DNA from: an uncultured Bacilli bacterium
Lineage (GTDB): Bacteria > Bacillota_I > Bacilli_A > ML615J-28 > CAG-698
DNA length: 64,000 nucleotides
NCBI GenBank assembly: GCA_934096585.1
Contig: CAKOMG010000008.1
Span: 34,690-98,689 of the forward strand
Direction: 5' to 3'
Part shown: positions 29,187 to 39,200 of the stretch, piece by piece
Layout of the letters: every line of letters starts with the position of its first letter
Numbering within the stretch: the first letter of the stretch is position 1
The notes under the pieces: generated by a model
The model's input: only the letters and a program-made list of their open reading frames with translations
Told to the model about the DNA's origin: nothing
Databases searched by the model: none
Made by a program: the position numbers and the translations under genes

Positions 29187-29332
29187 GTTATATCTCCACT
29201 TAATAAACAAATATTATTTTACTTTTATTGGTTTATTTTATCATATTTTTGAAACTTTTAAAATATTTTATTTATTTTTTTAAGATATTAATTTTTATGT
29301 TATGATTAAATAAATTATAGGAGGCTTAAAAA

Positions 29333-29944
29333 ATGAATAATGAACCAAAAACATATGGCTATGTTCGCGTTTCAACACTTACACAAAAAATAGATCGACA
29401 AATGAACGAACTATATAACCTTGGAATTGATAAAAAATACATTTATATTGATAAACAAAGTGGCAAAGATTTTAATCGCCCTAATTATCAGAAATTAAAA
29501 AAGAAATTAAAAAAAGATGATTTATTAATTATTAAATCAATTGATAGGTTAGGTCGTAACTATGAAATGATTATTGAAGAGTGGGCATGTATAACAAAAA
29601 TTATTAAAGCTAATATTTTTGTTATTGATTTTCCTTTACTAGATACTAGGAGTGAAACTAACTTAATTGGTAAGTTTGTAAGTGATATTTTTTTACAGGT
29701 ATTATCGTTTGTGGCGGAAAATGAAAGACAAAATATAAAACAAAGGCAAATGGAAGGCATCCGTATTGCTAAGCTTAAGGGTACACACATGGGACGCCCT
29801 AAAATAATACTTCCCGATAACTTTATTGATGCTGTTAACGAGATATCAAAAAATAATCAATCATATAAAGTGGGTGCAAAGCTAACAGGAATGAAAGATG
29901 GAACCTTTTATAAATATATGAAAATATATTTAGCAAACAATTAA
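29333..29944 (+). CDS. small serine recombinase (resolvase/invertase family)
   Basis: Catalytic N-terminus YGYVRVSTLTQKIDRQ, DRLGRN, a helix-E-like region and a C-terminal HTH. Strong SD AGGAGG. Confidence 0.9.
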   Translation: MNNEPKTYGYVRVSTLTQKIDRQMNELYNLGIDKKYIYIDKQSGKDFNRPNYQKLKKKLKKDDLLIIKSIDRLGRNYEMIIEEWACITKIIKANIFVIDFPLLDTRSETNLIGKFVSDIFLQVLSFVAENERQNIKQRQMEGIRIAKLKGTHMGRPKIILPDNFIDAVNEISKNNQSYKVGAKLTGMKDGTFYKYMKIYLANN

Positions 29945-30023
29945 TATCTTATATGTTTAAAATAAGTAATATCTTACATATTTTTAAACAAGTAAGATAA
30001 CGAGTAAGATAACGAGTAAGATG
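29943..30023. repeat. cluster of direct and inverted repeats abutting the recombinase stop codon
   Basis: Direct ~26-bp repeat AATATCTTA(T/C)AT..TTTAAA.(T/C)AAGT. Inverted pair TATCTTAC/GTAAGATA. A 12-bp unit GTAAGATAACGA repeated 2.7 times (29992-30023). Confidence 0.7.
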
Positions 30024-30163
30024 TTGATTTTGTTCTTTACAACCAGTTAATAGTTTAGAAAAAATACCAAGTTTAAGAAAGATATCAAAAATTAAAAGTA
30101 TTCATTCATCTATTGAAATTGAACATAATAGTTTAACTTTTGATTAAGTTACTAACATTATTA

Positions 30164-30298
30164 ATGAAAAAAATACTAGATTCACAAGACTATATTATAA
30201 CTATTAAAAATGCTATTGAAGCCGGGTTATTATTAATGACTGAACCTGATAAACCAACTTCTAAAAATCAAAGATATTATAAAAATATTAACATATAA
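30164..30298 (+). pseudogene. 44-codon remnant resembling the C-terminal winged-helix tail of a larger protein
   Basis: Hand translation MKKILDSQDYIITIKNAIEAGLLLMTEPDKPTSKNQRYYKNINI*. There is no SD, and the ...PDKP.S.NQ(K/R)Y ending resembles C-termini I recall from Fic/ATPase-type proteins. Weak call. Confidence 0.25.
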
Positions 30299-30319
30299 AC
30301 TATATTTTTAAGATTTTAC

Positions 30320-30348
30320 TTGAAATTATTATCAATTTAGTATATTAT
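30320..30348 (+). promoter_or_regulatory. promoter candidate for efp
   Basis: TTGAAA, 17-nt spacer, TATTAT. Confidence 0.45.
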
Positions 30349-30385
30349 ATATTATATATCTATAGAAAGGGTTAGGATTATAATT

Positions 30386-30955
30386 ATGGAAATGATTTCA
30401 GCAATCGATCTACGTGCTGGTCATGCATTCGAATATAATGGAAGTGTATGGCAAGTATTAGAACAAGACTTCATGAAACCAGGAAAAGGTAATGCCGTAA
30501 TGCGTGTTAAGATGAAGGATTTAAAGAGTGGTTCTATTGTACAAACTACTTTAAACCCAAATAACAAGTATCGTAAATGCATTATTGATAAAAAAGATAT
30601 GTTATTCTCTTATGTGGATGGAGATTCATATGTATTCATGGATAATGAAGATTACACAACAATTGAAGTACCTGCAGAAAACTTAAAATGGATGAAAAAC
30701 TTCATCGTTCCAGGTGAATCTAATTGTGTTGTATCAATGTGTGAAGGTGATATCTTAGGAGTCGCAACAAAAGAAGAAAAAGTTGCTTTAACAGTTAGTG
30801 AAGCAGAACCAGCAGTCAAAGGTAACACTTCTCAAACTGCAAGAAAGAAAGTAACTTTAGAAACAGGATTCCAAGTTGAAGTTCCTTTGTTCATTGAAGA
30901 AGGCGATAAAGTTATCGTTAATGTGACAGATGGATCTTACTGTTCTAGAGCTTAA
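30386..30955 (+). CDS. efp: elongation factor P
   Basis: MISAIDLRAGHAFEYNGSVWQVLE..KPGKGNAVMRVKMKDL contains the conserved modified-Lys loop PGKG. Three-domain length of 189 aa. Confidence 0.93.
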   Translation: MEMISAIDLRAGHAFEYNGSVWQVLEQDFMKPGKGNAVMRVKMKDLKSGSIVQTTLNPNNKYRKCIIDKKDMLFSYVDGDSYVFMDNEDYTTIEVPAENLKWMKNFIVPGESNCVVSMCEGDILGVATKEEKVALTVSEAEPAVKGNTSQTARKKVTLETGFQVEVPLFIEEGDKVIVNVTDGSYCSRA

Positions 30956-30960
30956 TAATA

Positions 30961-30990
30961 AAAAAAGAACTCACGATGAGTTCTTTTTTT
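30961..30990 (+). terminator. rho-independent terminator of efp
   Basis: AAGAACTCA-CGA-TGAGTTCTT followed by T7. Confidence 0.85.
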
Positions 30991-31224
30991 ATTTATTTTA
31001 TAGTTTTTTAAATTAGTTTTTAATTTGATAATAATTATAAAACTTTTTTATAATTCTTTCATTAATAAAAAGTCTTTAATTTTTTATATGTTTAATTATA
31101 CTATTTTATTTAAAGTATTGTCAACAAAACTGTTCAGTTTGTAACTTGTTCTTATCATTTGATATTAATAAGTTGTTGACTTTTATATTGATTAATGTTA
31201 AAATAAATATGAGGATAAAGAAAA

Positions 31225-32079
31225 ATGAACTACAATATTAAATCTGATTTATTATTAATAAGAGAACTATTTCAACTTACTCAAGAAGAATTAGCTAATA
31301 AATTACAAGTTGAACCTTTAAGAATTGCTAGAATAGAATTAGGAAAATCTTACCCTAGAGAAGAATTTATTGATAAATTCTATAATTTTTGCTTTAAAAG
31401 TAAATTAAACCTAAATAAACAAAAAGAAATGTTTTATAAAGAAGAAATGAAAGAAAACCATATTCTTTTAACTCATGCATCAAAATATGGTATAGAAGGA
31501 GCTTTATCTCTTGATAAGAGTAAAGACAATAATGATTTTGGAAAAGGATTCTATTGTGGAAATTCTTACGATAATTCAGTATCATTTGTTTGTAAATTTC
31601 CATCTGCAAGTATTTATTTTATTGATTTTGATTTTAAAGGTTTAATAAAAAAAGAATTTAAAGTTGATACAGAATGGATGATGGCTATTGCTTATTTTAG
31701 AGGTAAATTAGAAAACTATAAAAATCATAAAATTATTAAAAATATTATCAATTCTTTAAAAGCAGTTGATTATATTATCGCTCCAATTGCGGATAACAGA
31801 ATGTTTGAAATTATTGATACATTTATTAATGGTGAAATCACAGATGAACAATGCAAACATTGCTTAGCCGCCACTAATCTTGGTATGCAATATATTTTTA
31901 TTTCCAATAAATCTCTTGAACATATTCATATACTTGAAAAATGTTTTATATCAAGTGTTGAAAAAGAGCATTATCAAAAAGAGCAAATTAATTATTTAAT
32001 AACAGGAAATAATAAAACTAAACTAGCTAGAATACAATATAAAGGGCAAGGAAAATACTTAGAGGAAATACTAATATGA
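31225..32079 (+). CDS. XRE-type HTH fused to a DUF3990-like domain
   Basis: N-terminal HTH LIRELFQLTQEELANKLQVEPLRIARIELG. The core THAS...DFGKGFYCGNSYDNS aligns with the 51284 ORF (YHGS...DYGLGFYCTES). Confidence 0.7.
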   Translation: MNYNIKSDLLLIRELFQLTQEELANKLQVEPLRIARIELGKSYPREEFIDKFYNFCFKSKLNLNKQKEMFYKEEMKENHILLTHASKYGIEGALSLDKSKDNNDFGKGFYCGNSYDNSVSFVCKFPSASIYFIDFDFKGLIKKEFKVDTEWMMAIAYFRGKLENYKNHKIIKNIINSLKAVDYIIAPIADNRMFEIIDTFINGEITDEQCKHCLAATNLGMQYIFISNKSLEHIHILEKCFISSVEKEHYQKEQINYLITGNNKTKLARIQYKGQGKYLEEILI

Positions 32080-32876
32080 AAGAAATGGATAAAGATGGTT
32101 TATTATTATGCCAAATGCAAGCAAATATATTTGTTATGTCTTTACAATATACTGAATCTAGTTCAGAAATATTTATTCGTAGATTTATGAATTCGAATAT
32201 AGCTAAAGAATTCGATTCATCTTCTATACTAAATGATTCCATTAATGAATTAGGTATTTTAAAATCTATTGAAAACGAATATGGAAAAACATCATATGGA
32301 AAGAAAAAGTATAGTGAAGATGCTTTATATTGGATTGGATATTTGTATCGCTATATGTCATATATTTATGATATATCTTCAAAACAAGCATACAAAATCA
32401 TAAAGGAAAAGGAATTAAATCTATTATTCTACTCTTATCATACTTTAGATTGTAAAAAAGCAATTGACTTAATACTTGAATCCAAAAATGTTAATTTGAA
32501 TGCTGATAATAGAAATAAAGTGCTTCTTGATTTAATTAAAAAACATTCATATGAAGAAAACATAAAATTAATAGCTAATTCTAATGTTCTTTTAATTGAA
32601 TACAAAGATGAAATCGTTGGAAAAGTGAATCTAAACAAACAAACTGATAGTATATATTTAACTGACATACAAACAAAAATTGAAAATAATCAATTCAAAC
32701 ATGTTTTAATCAATAAAATTTTTGAATATATTGATAATCAAGATATCATAAAACAATTAAATGTTAAAGTAAATAAAAATGATATCGATAGTATTAAACT
32801 ATATAAAAAAAATAAATTCTCATATTTTTATGAAACTGATGATTATTGTTATTACTATAGGAAAAAGGAGGCATAA
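32076..32876 (+). CDS. DUF3791-like N-terminal domain protein with a degenerate GNAT-like C-terminal half
   Basis: ATGA overlap with the upstream gene. The N-terminal ~110 aa are similar in pattern to the N-terminus of the 50656 ORF. The C-terminal LIEYKDEIVGKVNL...SIKLYKKNKF is GNAT-like but lacks a clear Q/RxxGxG/A motif. Confidence 0.5.
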   Translation: MKEMDKDGLLLCQMQANIFVMSLQYTESSSEIFIRRFMNSNIAKEFDSSSILNDSINELGILKSIENEYGKTSYGKKKYSEDALYWIGYLYRYMSYIYDISSKQAYKIIKEKELNLLFYSYHTLDCKKAIDLILESKNVNLNADNRNKVLLDLIKKHSYEENIKLIANSNVLLIEYKDEIVGKVNLNKQTDSIYLTDIQTKIENNQFKHVLINKIFEYIDNQDIIKQLNVKVNKNDIDSIKLYKKNKFSYFYETDDYCYYYRKKEA

Positions 32877-32889
32877 AGCCTCCTTTTTT
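32862..32889 (+). terminator. rho-independent terminator
   Basis: GGAGGC-ATAAA-GCCTCC followed by T6. It overlaps the stop codon. Confidence 0.85.
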
Positions 32890-33086
32890 AGTTTACAATT
32901 TGCCTCTTTTTATATTTGTTTGCTTTTTTCCCAAGTTCTCAAATGAACAGGAAAGCAAATTATAATCTATCTTACCCTATTAAATTCTAAAGTTAATAAA
33001 TGGACAGGAGAGTAAGATATGTTGCGCCATACTTTAAACATACTTTTATTATAAATTTTTTTGTTATAAACTTCAATACTTAAATA

Positions 33087-35048
33087 TTATGTTTTTAAAT
33101 TTTCACTTCTTGTTAATTTAATAACCTTTTTGCCAAAAACACTATAAGTGAAATCATCAAAATATATATTAGTTAGTGTTGCAGTAAAATCTTGCATTTT
33201 TTCATTTATTTTTTGTGCTTCATCAACATCTGTATTTTTATGATAAACAACTCCTAAAATATAAAGACATGAATTTTCATTTAATTTTTGTTTTATAACA
33301 TATGCACTTTGTATTTGATCAAATTCTTTTACTTTTTCTTTTATTTTATTTATTGTTTCACTATCTAAATCATGTTTTTCATATGTATTGATTTTATGCT
33401 TTTCTTGATAAAGATTGATTGTTTCTAATTCTTCTAATTTATCAGATGATTTAGTTCTATAGTCTTCTATTAAATCTGTTCTTCCATTATTATTTATATA
33501 CATTCCTTTTATATTATTAAGTACTTCATAATAACTAATATTTAGTTTTAAACATTCATCTATATCTTTTAAGCATTCTTCCATATTTAATCCATATTCT
33601 ATTATGCATTTAAAGTAAAGTGCATTTTCATTCTTTTCTTTTTCGAGTATTTTACTATAATATACTAATGCTTCTTTTAATCCTTTTACATTTAAAACAC
33701 TATATGAAAACTTTAATTTATCGCTTAGATCAAGTGTATCAAAGTCTTTATTTATAAGCTCTTCATATGTTTTAACAAGTGTTAGATAATAATTATGTTC
33801 ATCAGTCCAAACAGTAGTATAAGATAGATTTTCGTTTTGATTTATTTGCTTTTTAATTTCTTCTACTTCTTTTTTTAACTCTTCACTTTGATTATTTTCA
33901 AAGTTAATATCAAAATGATCGACACCTAAATCTTTCATTCTTTCTTTAAATGATGGATGAGTATCATATTTTCTTTCTAAGGCGTTATTTAAAAAATAAT
34001 CATACATTTCTTTATTTTCTAAATAATTTTTTATTTTAGCATTCAAATAATATCCTACTATATCTTCAGGCAGTTTCTTTTCCTTATATATATTAATGTT
34101 ATTTCTAAAATCATCTTGAAATATAATGAGCATTGATTTTGCTAGTGCATTTATATATATTTGTTTATCACCAAACTCAAGTATCGCTTTATCCGCATTT
34201 TTCTCTCTATCAAGCCTGATAAATAACATAAACATTTCTATTTTTTCATTTAACTTGAAATCTTCAAATAATATCAACTTATGAAAAGATGGCATATACA
34301 TTTTTTTTAAAATATCAGTACTAATTTTAAGATCGCCATTTTTTACATGCGCCATTTCATGAATTAATGCATTTTCAAGTTCTATATCACTTAGTATTGA
34401 TAATACGTATATTCCAATTGTTAAGTATATTTCATTATTAAAATATCGTATATTAATATCAAAATTTGGTTCAAATATTAATTTTACTTCCTCTTCAATA
34501 TTAAAATAGCTTTTACATTTGTTTACGATTTTTTCTAAATATTCATATTTTTTATTCTTATGTTCTATTTTTGGAAAATATTTACTAATTATTGAATATA
34601 TTATATCTATTGGAAGGAAAAGTAATACTATAAACGTAATCATTTCTTTAACTTCTAATGTTTTAATAGAACACCCTAAAGTAATAAAAAATATATATTC
34701 TATTATTAATATAATAATTAGTTTTATTGTTCTTCTTTTTAGTTTTTTATTTATTTCTTGATATTTAGCATCAAAGTCTTTTGTTTCTTCTTTATATTTA
34801 TTAAGCTTTTCTATTCTATCTTTTACTTTTATATTTTCTTGTTTCTTTTTTTCTTTATCTGTTTTTATAGATAAAATTATAAAAACAAAGATTAAAAATA
34901 CTAGATAAAGAGCAAATACCATTTCAAAGTTTATAAATTCTTTTAATTTTGATTGTCCTATTAAATATCCTAAGAATACACATATACTAGAAATAATAAG
35001 TGATATAAGTATAGATATAAGTAGTGGTTTAATAACTTGTTGTTTCAT
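33087..35048 (-). CDS. membrane-anchored M48/M56-like zinc metallopeptidase with a long helical C-terminal domain
   Basis: Several N-terminal TM segments. HExxH within ALIHEMAHVKNGD. The C-terminal ~300 aa are repeat-like and helical. Confidence 0.6.
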   Translation of the reverse strand: MKQQVIKPLLISILISLIISSICVFLGYLIGQSKLKEFINFEMVFALYLVFLIFVFIILSIKTDKEKKKQENIKVKDRIEKLNKYKEETKDFDAKYQEINKKLKRRTIKLIIILIIEYIFFITLGCSIKTLEVKEMITFIVLLFLPIDIIYSIISKYFPKIEHKNKKYEYLEKIVNKCKSYFNIEEEVKLIFEPNFDINIRYFNNEIYLTIGIYVLSILSDIELENALIHEMAHVKNGDLKISTDILKKMYMPSFHKLILFEDFKLNEKIEMFMLFIRLDREKNADKAILEFGDKQIYINALAKSMLIIFQDDFRNNINIYKEKKLPEDIVGYYLNAKIKNYLENKEMYDYFLNNALERKYDTHPSFKERMKDLGVDHFDINFENNQSEELKKEVEEIKKQINQNENLSYTTVWTDEHNYYLTLVKTYEELINKDFDTLDLSDKLKFSYSVLNVKGLKEALVYYSKILEKEKNENALYFKCIIEYGLNMEECLKDIDECLKLNISYYEVLNNIKGMYINNNGRTDLIEDYRTKSSDKLEELETINLYQEKHKINTYEKHDLDSETINKIKEKVKEFDQIQSAYVIKQKLNENSCLYILGVVYHKNTDVDEAQKINEKMQDFTATLTNIYFDDFTYSVFGKKVIKLTRSENLKT

Positions 35049-35544
35049 ATTTACCTCTTTTCTTATGTTGTAATATTAATAATATTATACAATAACTAAA
35101 ATATTTTTGCAAACATAAAAAATTTTGAGTTTCCATCTTTTTTTCTAAAACTATTAATAGTAATTATTTTTGATATAATTTTTACTATACAATTTAATAA
35201 AAATATGTATGTTTGTATAACATTTAAAACAATTTAATAGTGATTAATATTATTAAGTATATTTTTTTATATTTGCTACAGATTTTAAAAAATGGGAAAA
35301 CTTAAAGAAAAAAACTACTAGATAACTAGTAGCCCTTTTTATGCAACTTAATGCCGTGCTCACAAAATTAATTGTGATCTAGTAAAAACGGTCCCCCGCT
35401 ATACTACCTTCAATTCATAACACTATTATATCATACTATAAAATAAATAGCAAATTTTAAATGTTTATTTTTTGATTAATTTACCAATTATCAATTATTT
35501 AGTACTTAAATTTATACTTTTTTGATAAAAATACTTCTATTTTC

Positions 35545-35703
35545 TTATAAAGGTTTACCTTTATAAACGCATTTTATAGCAAGAAAATAACACTTGCTAT
35601 ACTAGGAGGAATCTATATGAGAAGACTTAGAATACAATACTCTATATTTATCATATTAGCATTTTTATCTATTATGAGTGTAGGTTTTGCTTCTTGGGTA
35701 ACA
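35545..35703 (+). repeat. 159-bp inverted repeat, left arm (5' UTR, SD and first 29 codons of the small cassette gene)
   Basis: Base-for-base identical, by my manual comparison, to the reverse complement of 45186-45344. Confidence 0.9.
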
Positions 35704-36231
35704 GCAAATGATAGTTCTTTTGAAATCAATGGCTCTATCATAGTTGATGATGTAAGAAGTAATAATGAATACTTAGAATGCGATGAAACACAAATTGAAG
35801 TATTTGAATTTTTTAAAACCGGATTCGTAAGTAACGATGGAGAGATAATAGATACAGGAGAAATTTATATTCCTTTTACAGTAAAAGTAAATAATTGTAG
35901 AGATGAATTTAAAAATAGTTCAAAGTTGGAAATTGTATTGAACTTTACAACAACCAATATGAATTTATTTGTTAATGATCCATTAAATATGAGTATAGTA
36001 TTAAAAAATAATAATGATGAAATTATTAAAACTATTGCTTCAACCAAAGATGGATTATTATCGTTTGAAATAAGTGGTTTACAGACTATTTCAAATAATA
36101 TAGATTATAAATTATATTATCAATTTACAAAAAATGAAATTGAAAAAACATTTAAAGATGATGTCTATCCAGAATTATTAAAAGATGGATTTACATTTCA
36201 GTTAAATGCTAAAATAACGGGAAGTGATTAA
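35617..36231 (+). CDS. cassette A small exported protein (TasA/CalY-like N-terminus, function unknown)
   Basis: AGGAGG SD. N-terminus MRRLRIQYSIFIILAFLSIMSVGFASWVTANDSSFEINGSIIVDD. Paralogous to the ORFs at 44670 and 45472. C-terminus AKITGSD. Confidence 0.8.
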   Translation: MRRLRIQYSIFIILAFLSIMSVGFASWVTANDSSFEINGSIIVDDVRSNNEYLECDETQIEVFEFFKTGFVSNDGEIIDTGEIYIPFTVKVNNCRDEFKNSSKLEIVLNFTTTNMNLFVNDPLNMSIVLKNNNDEIIKTIASTKDGLLSFEISGLQTISNNIDYKLYYQFTKNEIEKTFKDDVYPELLKDGFTFQLNAKITGSD

Positions 36232-36232
36232 T

Positions 36233-39200
36233 ATGAAAAATATCCGTCAAACAAGAATATTTTTAATTTCAATTTTAGTAATATCAATTGCAACTGTTAT
36301 AGGATTTTCTACATGGTTAATATCTGATAGTATTAATATAAAACCTAGTCCTGGAATAGATAAAGTAATAACTAGATATTTGTCAGGAAATGAAGGAACA
36401 TATGATGGAAATGTATTATTGCCATCAAGTGAAGCGATTGGTTTAGTTAATAATGGACGAAATACAGATTTACAATATAAGTATAAAAAAGCAAATTCAA
36501 CAGATGATTATATTAATTGTGAAGATAGTAATCAATCTGTAGGGCCAATTGATGCTGGAGATTATTTAATTGAAGTAACATATATAATTAATGAAACCGA
36601 ATCAGAAACAATTTCAAATATAAAGTTTACAATTAATCCTTTAGATATTGAAAATTGCGATGACATATTTATTGAATTCACGGAACATTCAGATAATAAA
36701 TTTATATATACTGGTAATGAAATCAGACCTGATGATTTACAAGTAAAGTATAAGCAAAGAATATTAGCGTTTGATAATGATTATACTGTGAATTATTTAA
36801 ATAATATAAATGTTAGTACTGAGGCTATAGTTCAAGTCATAGGACAAGGTAATTTTAAAGGAACTAAACAATTATATTTTGAAATTACTGATAAACCACA
36901 AATTATATATTTAAAAGCAATAAATGGAATTAATCAAACTGTAACATACAATGGAACACAACAAAAACCAGAAATAGTTGCTTATGCTGATGAAAACTAT
37001 ACACAAGTATTAGAAGATGTAACTTTAACGTATAATAATGTTCCTACTAATGCAAGAGAAACAGCATACATTGTCAGAGTTACAGCGTCAAAAGAAAATT
37101 ATGAAAGTACTTATATAGACATTTATCTAACAATTGAGCAAAAAGAGCTTGAATTAGAATGGCATAAATCAGAATACACATATACAGGATTATCTCAAGG
37201 GCCTGCATGTATAGCAACAAATTTAATAGATGGTGATAATTGTAATATTTTTTCAACAAAAGAGATAAATGCGGGAGATTATGTTGCTTCTATTATAAGC
37301 GTTAGTAATTCGAATTATAAATTACCGACAAATAATTTAACTTGCAATTTTATTATTAATAAAGCTAATTATAAATGCAAAACAATTGGTAAATTAAATT
37401 TTGATGGTGATTATTATATTGAAGGTAATCAATTAAACGTTAGTGGTTATGTATTAACAGATATTTTCGGAAATGAAATTAGTTGTGCTCAAGAAGCAGA
37501 CATATCGCAAACTAAGTTTACTGATGGAAATAGTGAAACTGTTAATGCTAATGTTAGTATTATATGTTCAGCCATAACTAAAGATTCTAATTACAATGAT
37601 TATATTACCTCTACATCAGTAGTTGTATATGCAGTAGCAACAATAGGAAGTAAATACTATGGTACTGTAGAAAGAGCATTAACAAACGCAGTAAGTGGAA
37701 ATGAAGTATATTTAATTCCTAATAGAAATCCTACTCTTAGAGAAAACGCTGAAGTTAAAAGTAATGTAACTCTATATTTAGTTTATCAAGCAGGTAAATT
37801 TTTAGATAATAGACAAAATTCTGTTGCGAATATTTTTGCTGAATCGCAAGAAACTAAATATTTGCAAAACACTTTAACAATTGAAAAAAGTATTGTTCTA
37901 ATTAATAATGGAACAATCAAAATAGATGGTATTACTGGAAATGCTGGTGCGATATATGCAGGACAAACATCTGGGTTTTATACACAAATAGTTATGAACG
38001 AATCATCTTCCATCAAAAATACTGGAGTAATTTACTGTTTAGGTTTTATTAAAGAATCATATAATGAAAATAATAGCATTATTTATATACAAAGTGGAAC
38101 GCTAACTGCCCCATTAGTTTTTTACGATTTTAAAGGTGGATCTGTATCAAACTATTTAAATGGGAAAAAAGTTTTTCCTATGAAAGTATTTGATATGCCT
38201 AATATTAGACCATTAATTAGAATAACTCAAGGGGCTAAATATGAAGCTATAACTGATATTTATATGAATAATAAACATTTTAATCAACAAGATTTATATG
38301 TTATAGGAACTTCTTCGGATAGTAATGCTCTATTAAAAATGACTTCTGGATATATAGATTTAAAATATAATACTACAGGAACCCCAACAATTAATTCAGG
38401 ATATCATGATTTTAATATATATGGAAATTGTGAGACTGGAAAATTAAAAGTCAACTTAGCTGGTACAGATGTAAGTACGGAAAATTTTTATTGCCCTATG
38501 TCATGGAAATTTAAAATCAAAATTTATAATAGCATGACAATAAAATCAAAATTTGAGTTTTTACCAGGATCATCTTTAATAATAAATAAAAATGCTACTT
38601 TGCAAATTGATAAAGATTGCTGTTTTTATCAATCATATAAAGATAAAGGTGGTCAAACTCCACTATATCCAAATATAAATAATGCAGCATTATTGAAAAT
38701 TAATGGAGTCTGTAAGATTAATGCTAATTTTTGTGGACGAATTGTTACTGAAGTATCTGGAGCTCAACTATACGTTTCAAATAACAATTTGACAGGAATT
38801 ACTGATGGAAGTGCTACAGCAAAATATGGCGGTTTTTCAGGTGATATGGTTTATGCCCAATGTGGAGATGTAACTTTAAATAATGCAACATTATATGCTT
38901 ATGGATGTTTTGAAAATAGCACAGATTTTTCACAAAAATTTAGTAGTAATGCGTATTATCTATCAAATGGCGATTATTGGAGCAATCAAGTATCAAGTGG
39001 TGAATTTAATGTTATTTACCACTATAAAGATTTAGATGGAAATGATCAATCTCAAACAATAACTTATAATATATTCTCTGGAATCACCCCTACTATACCT
39101 TTAATATCTGACCCTATTAGAAGATATTATAATTTTGATGGTTGGTTTACTGACGAATCTTACTCATATAGTTATGACACTATTAATGTTTCCGCAAATG

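Noticed and set aside
30386-30955. efp as cargo of a mobile element bounded by the recombinase-associated repeats.
   Set aside because: EF-P is a core translation factor with its own promoter and terminator. Without evidence of a second copy, the simpler reading is that it is chromosomal and the repeats are unrelated or only local. The idea is kept as a caveat inside the recombinase finding.
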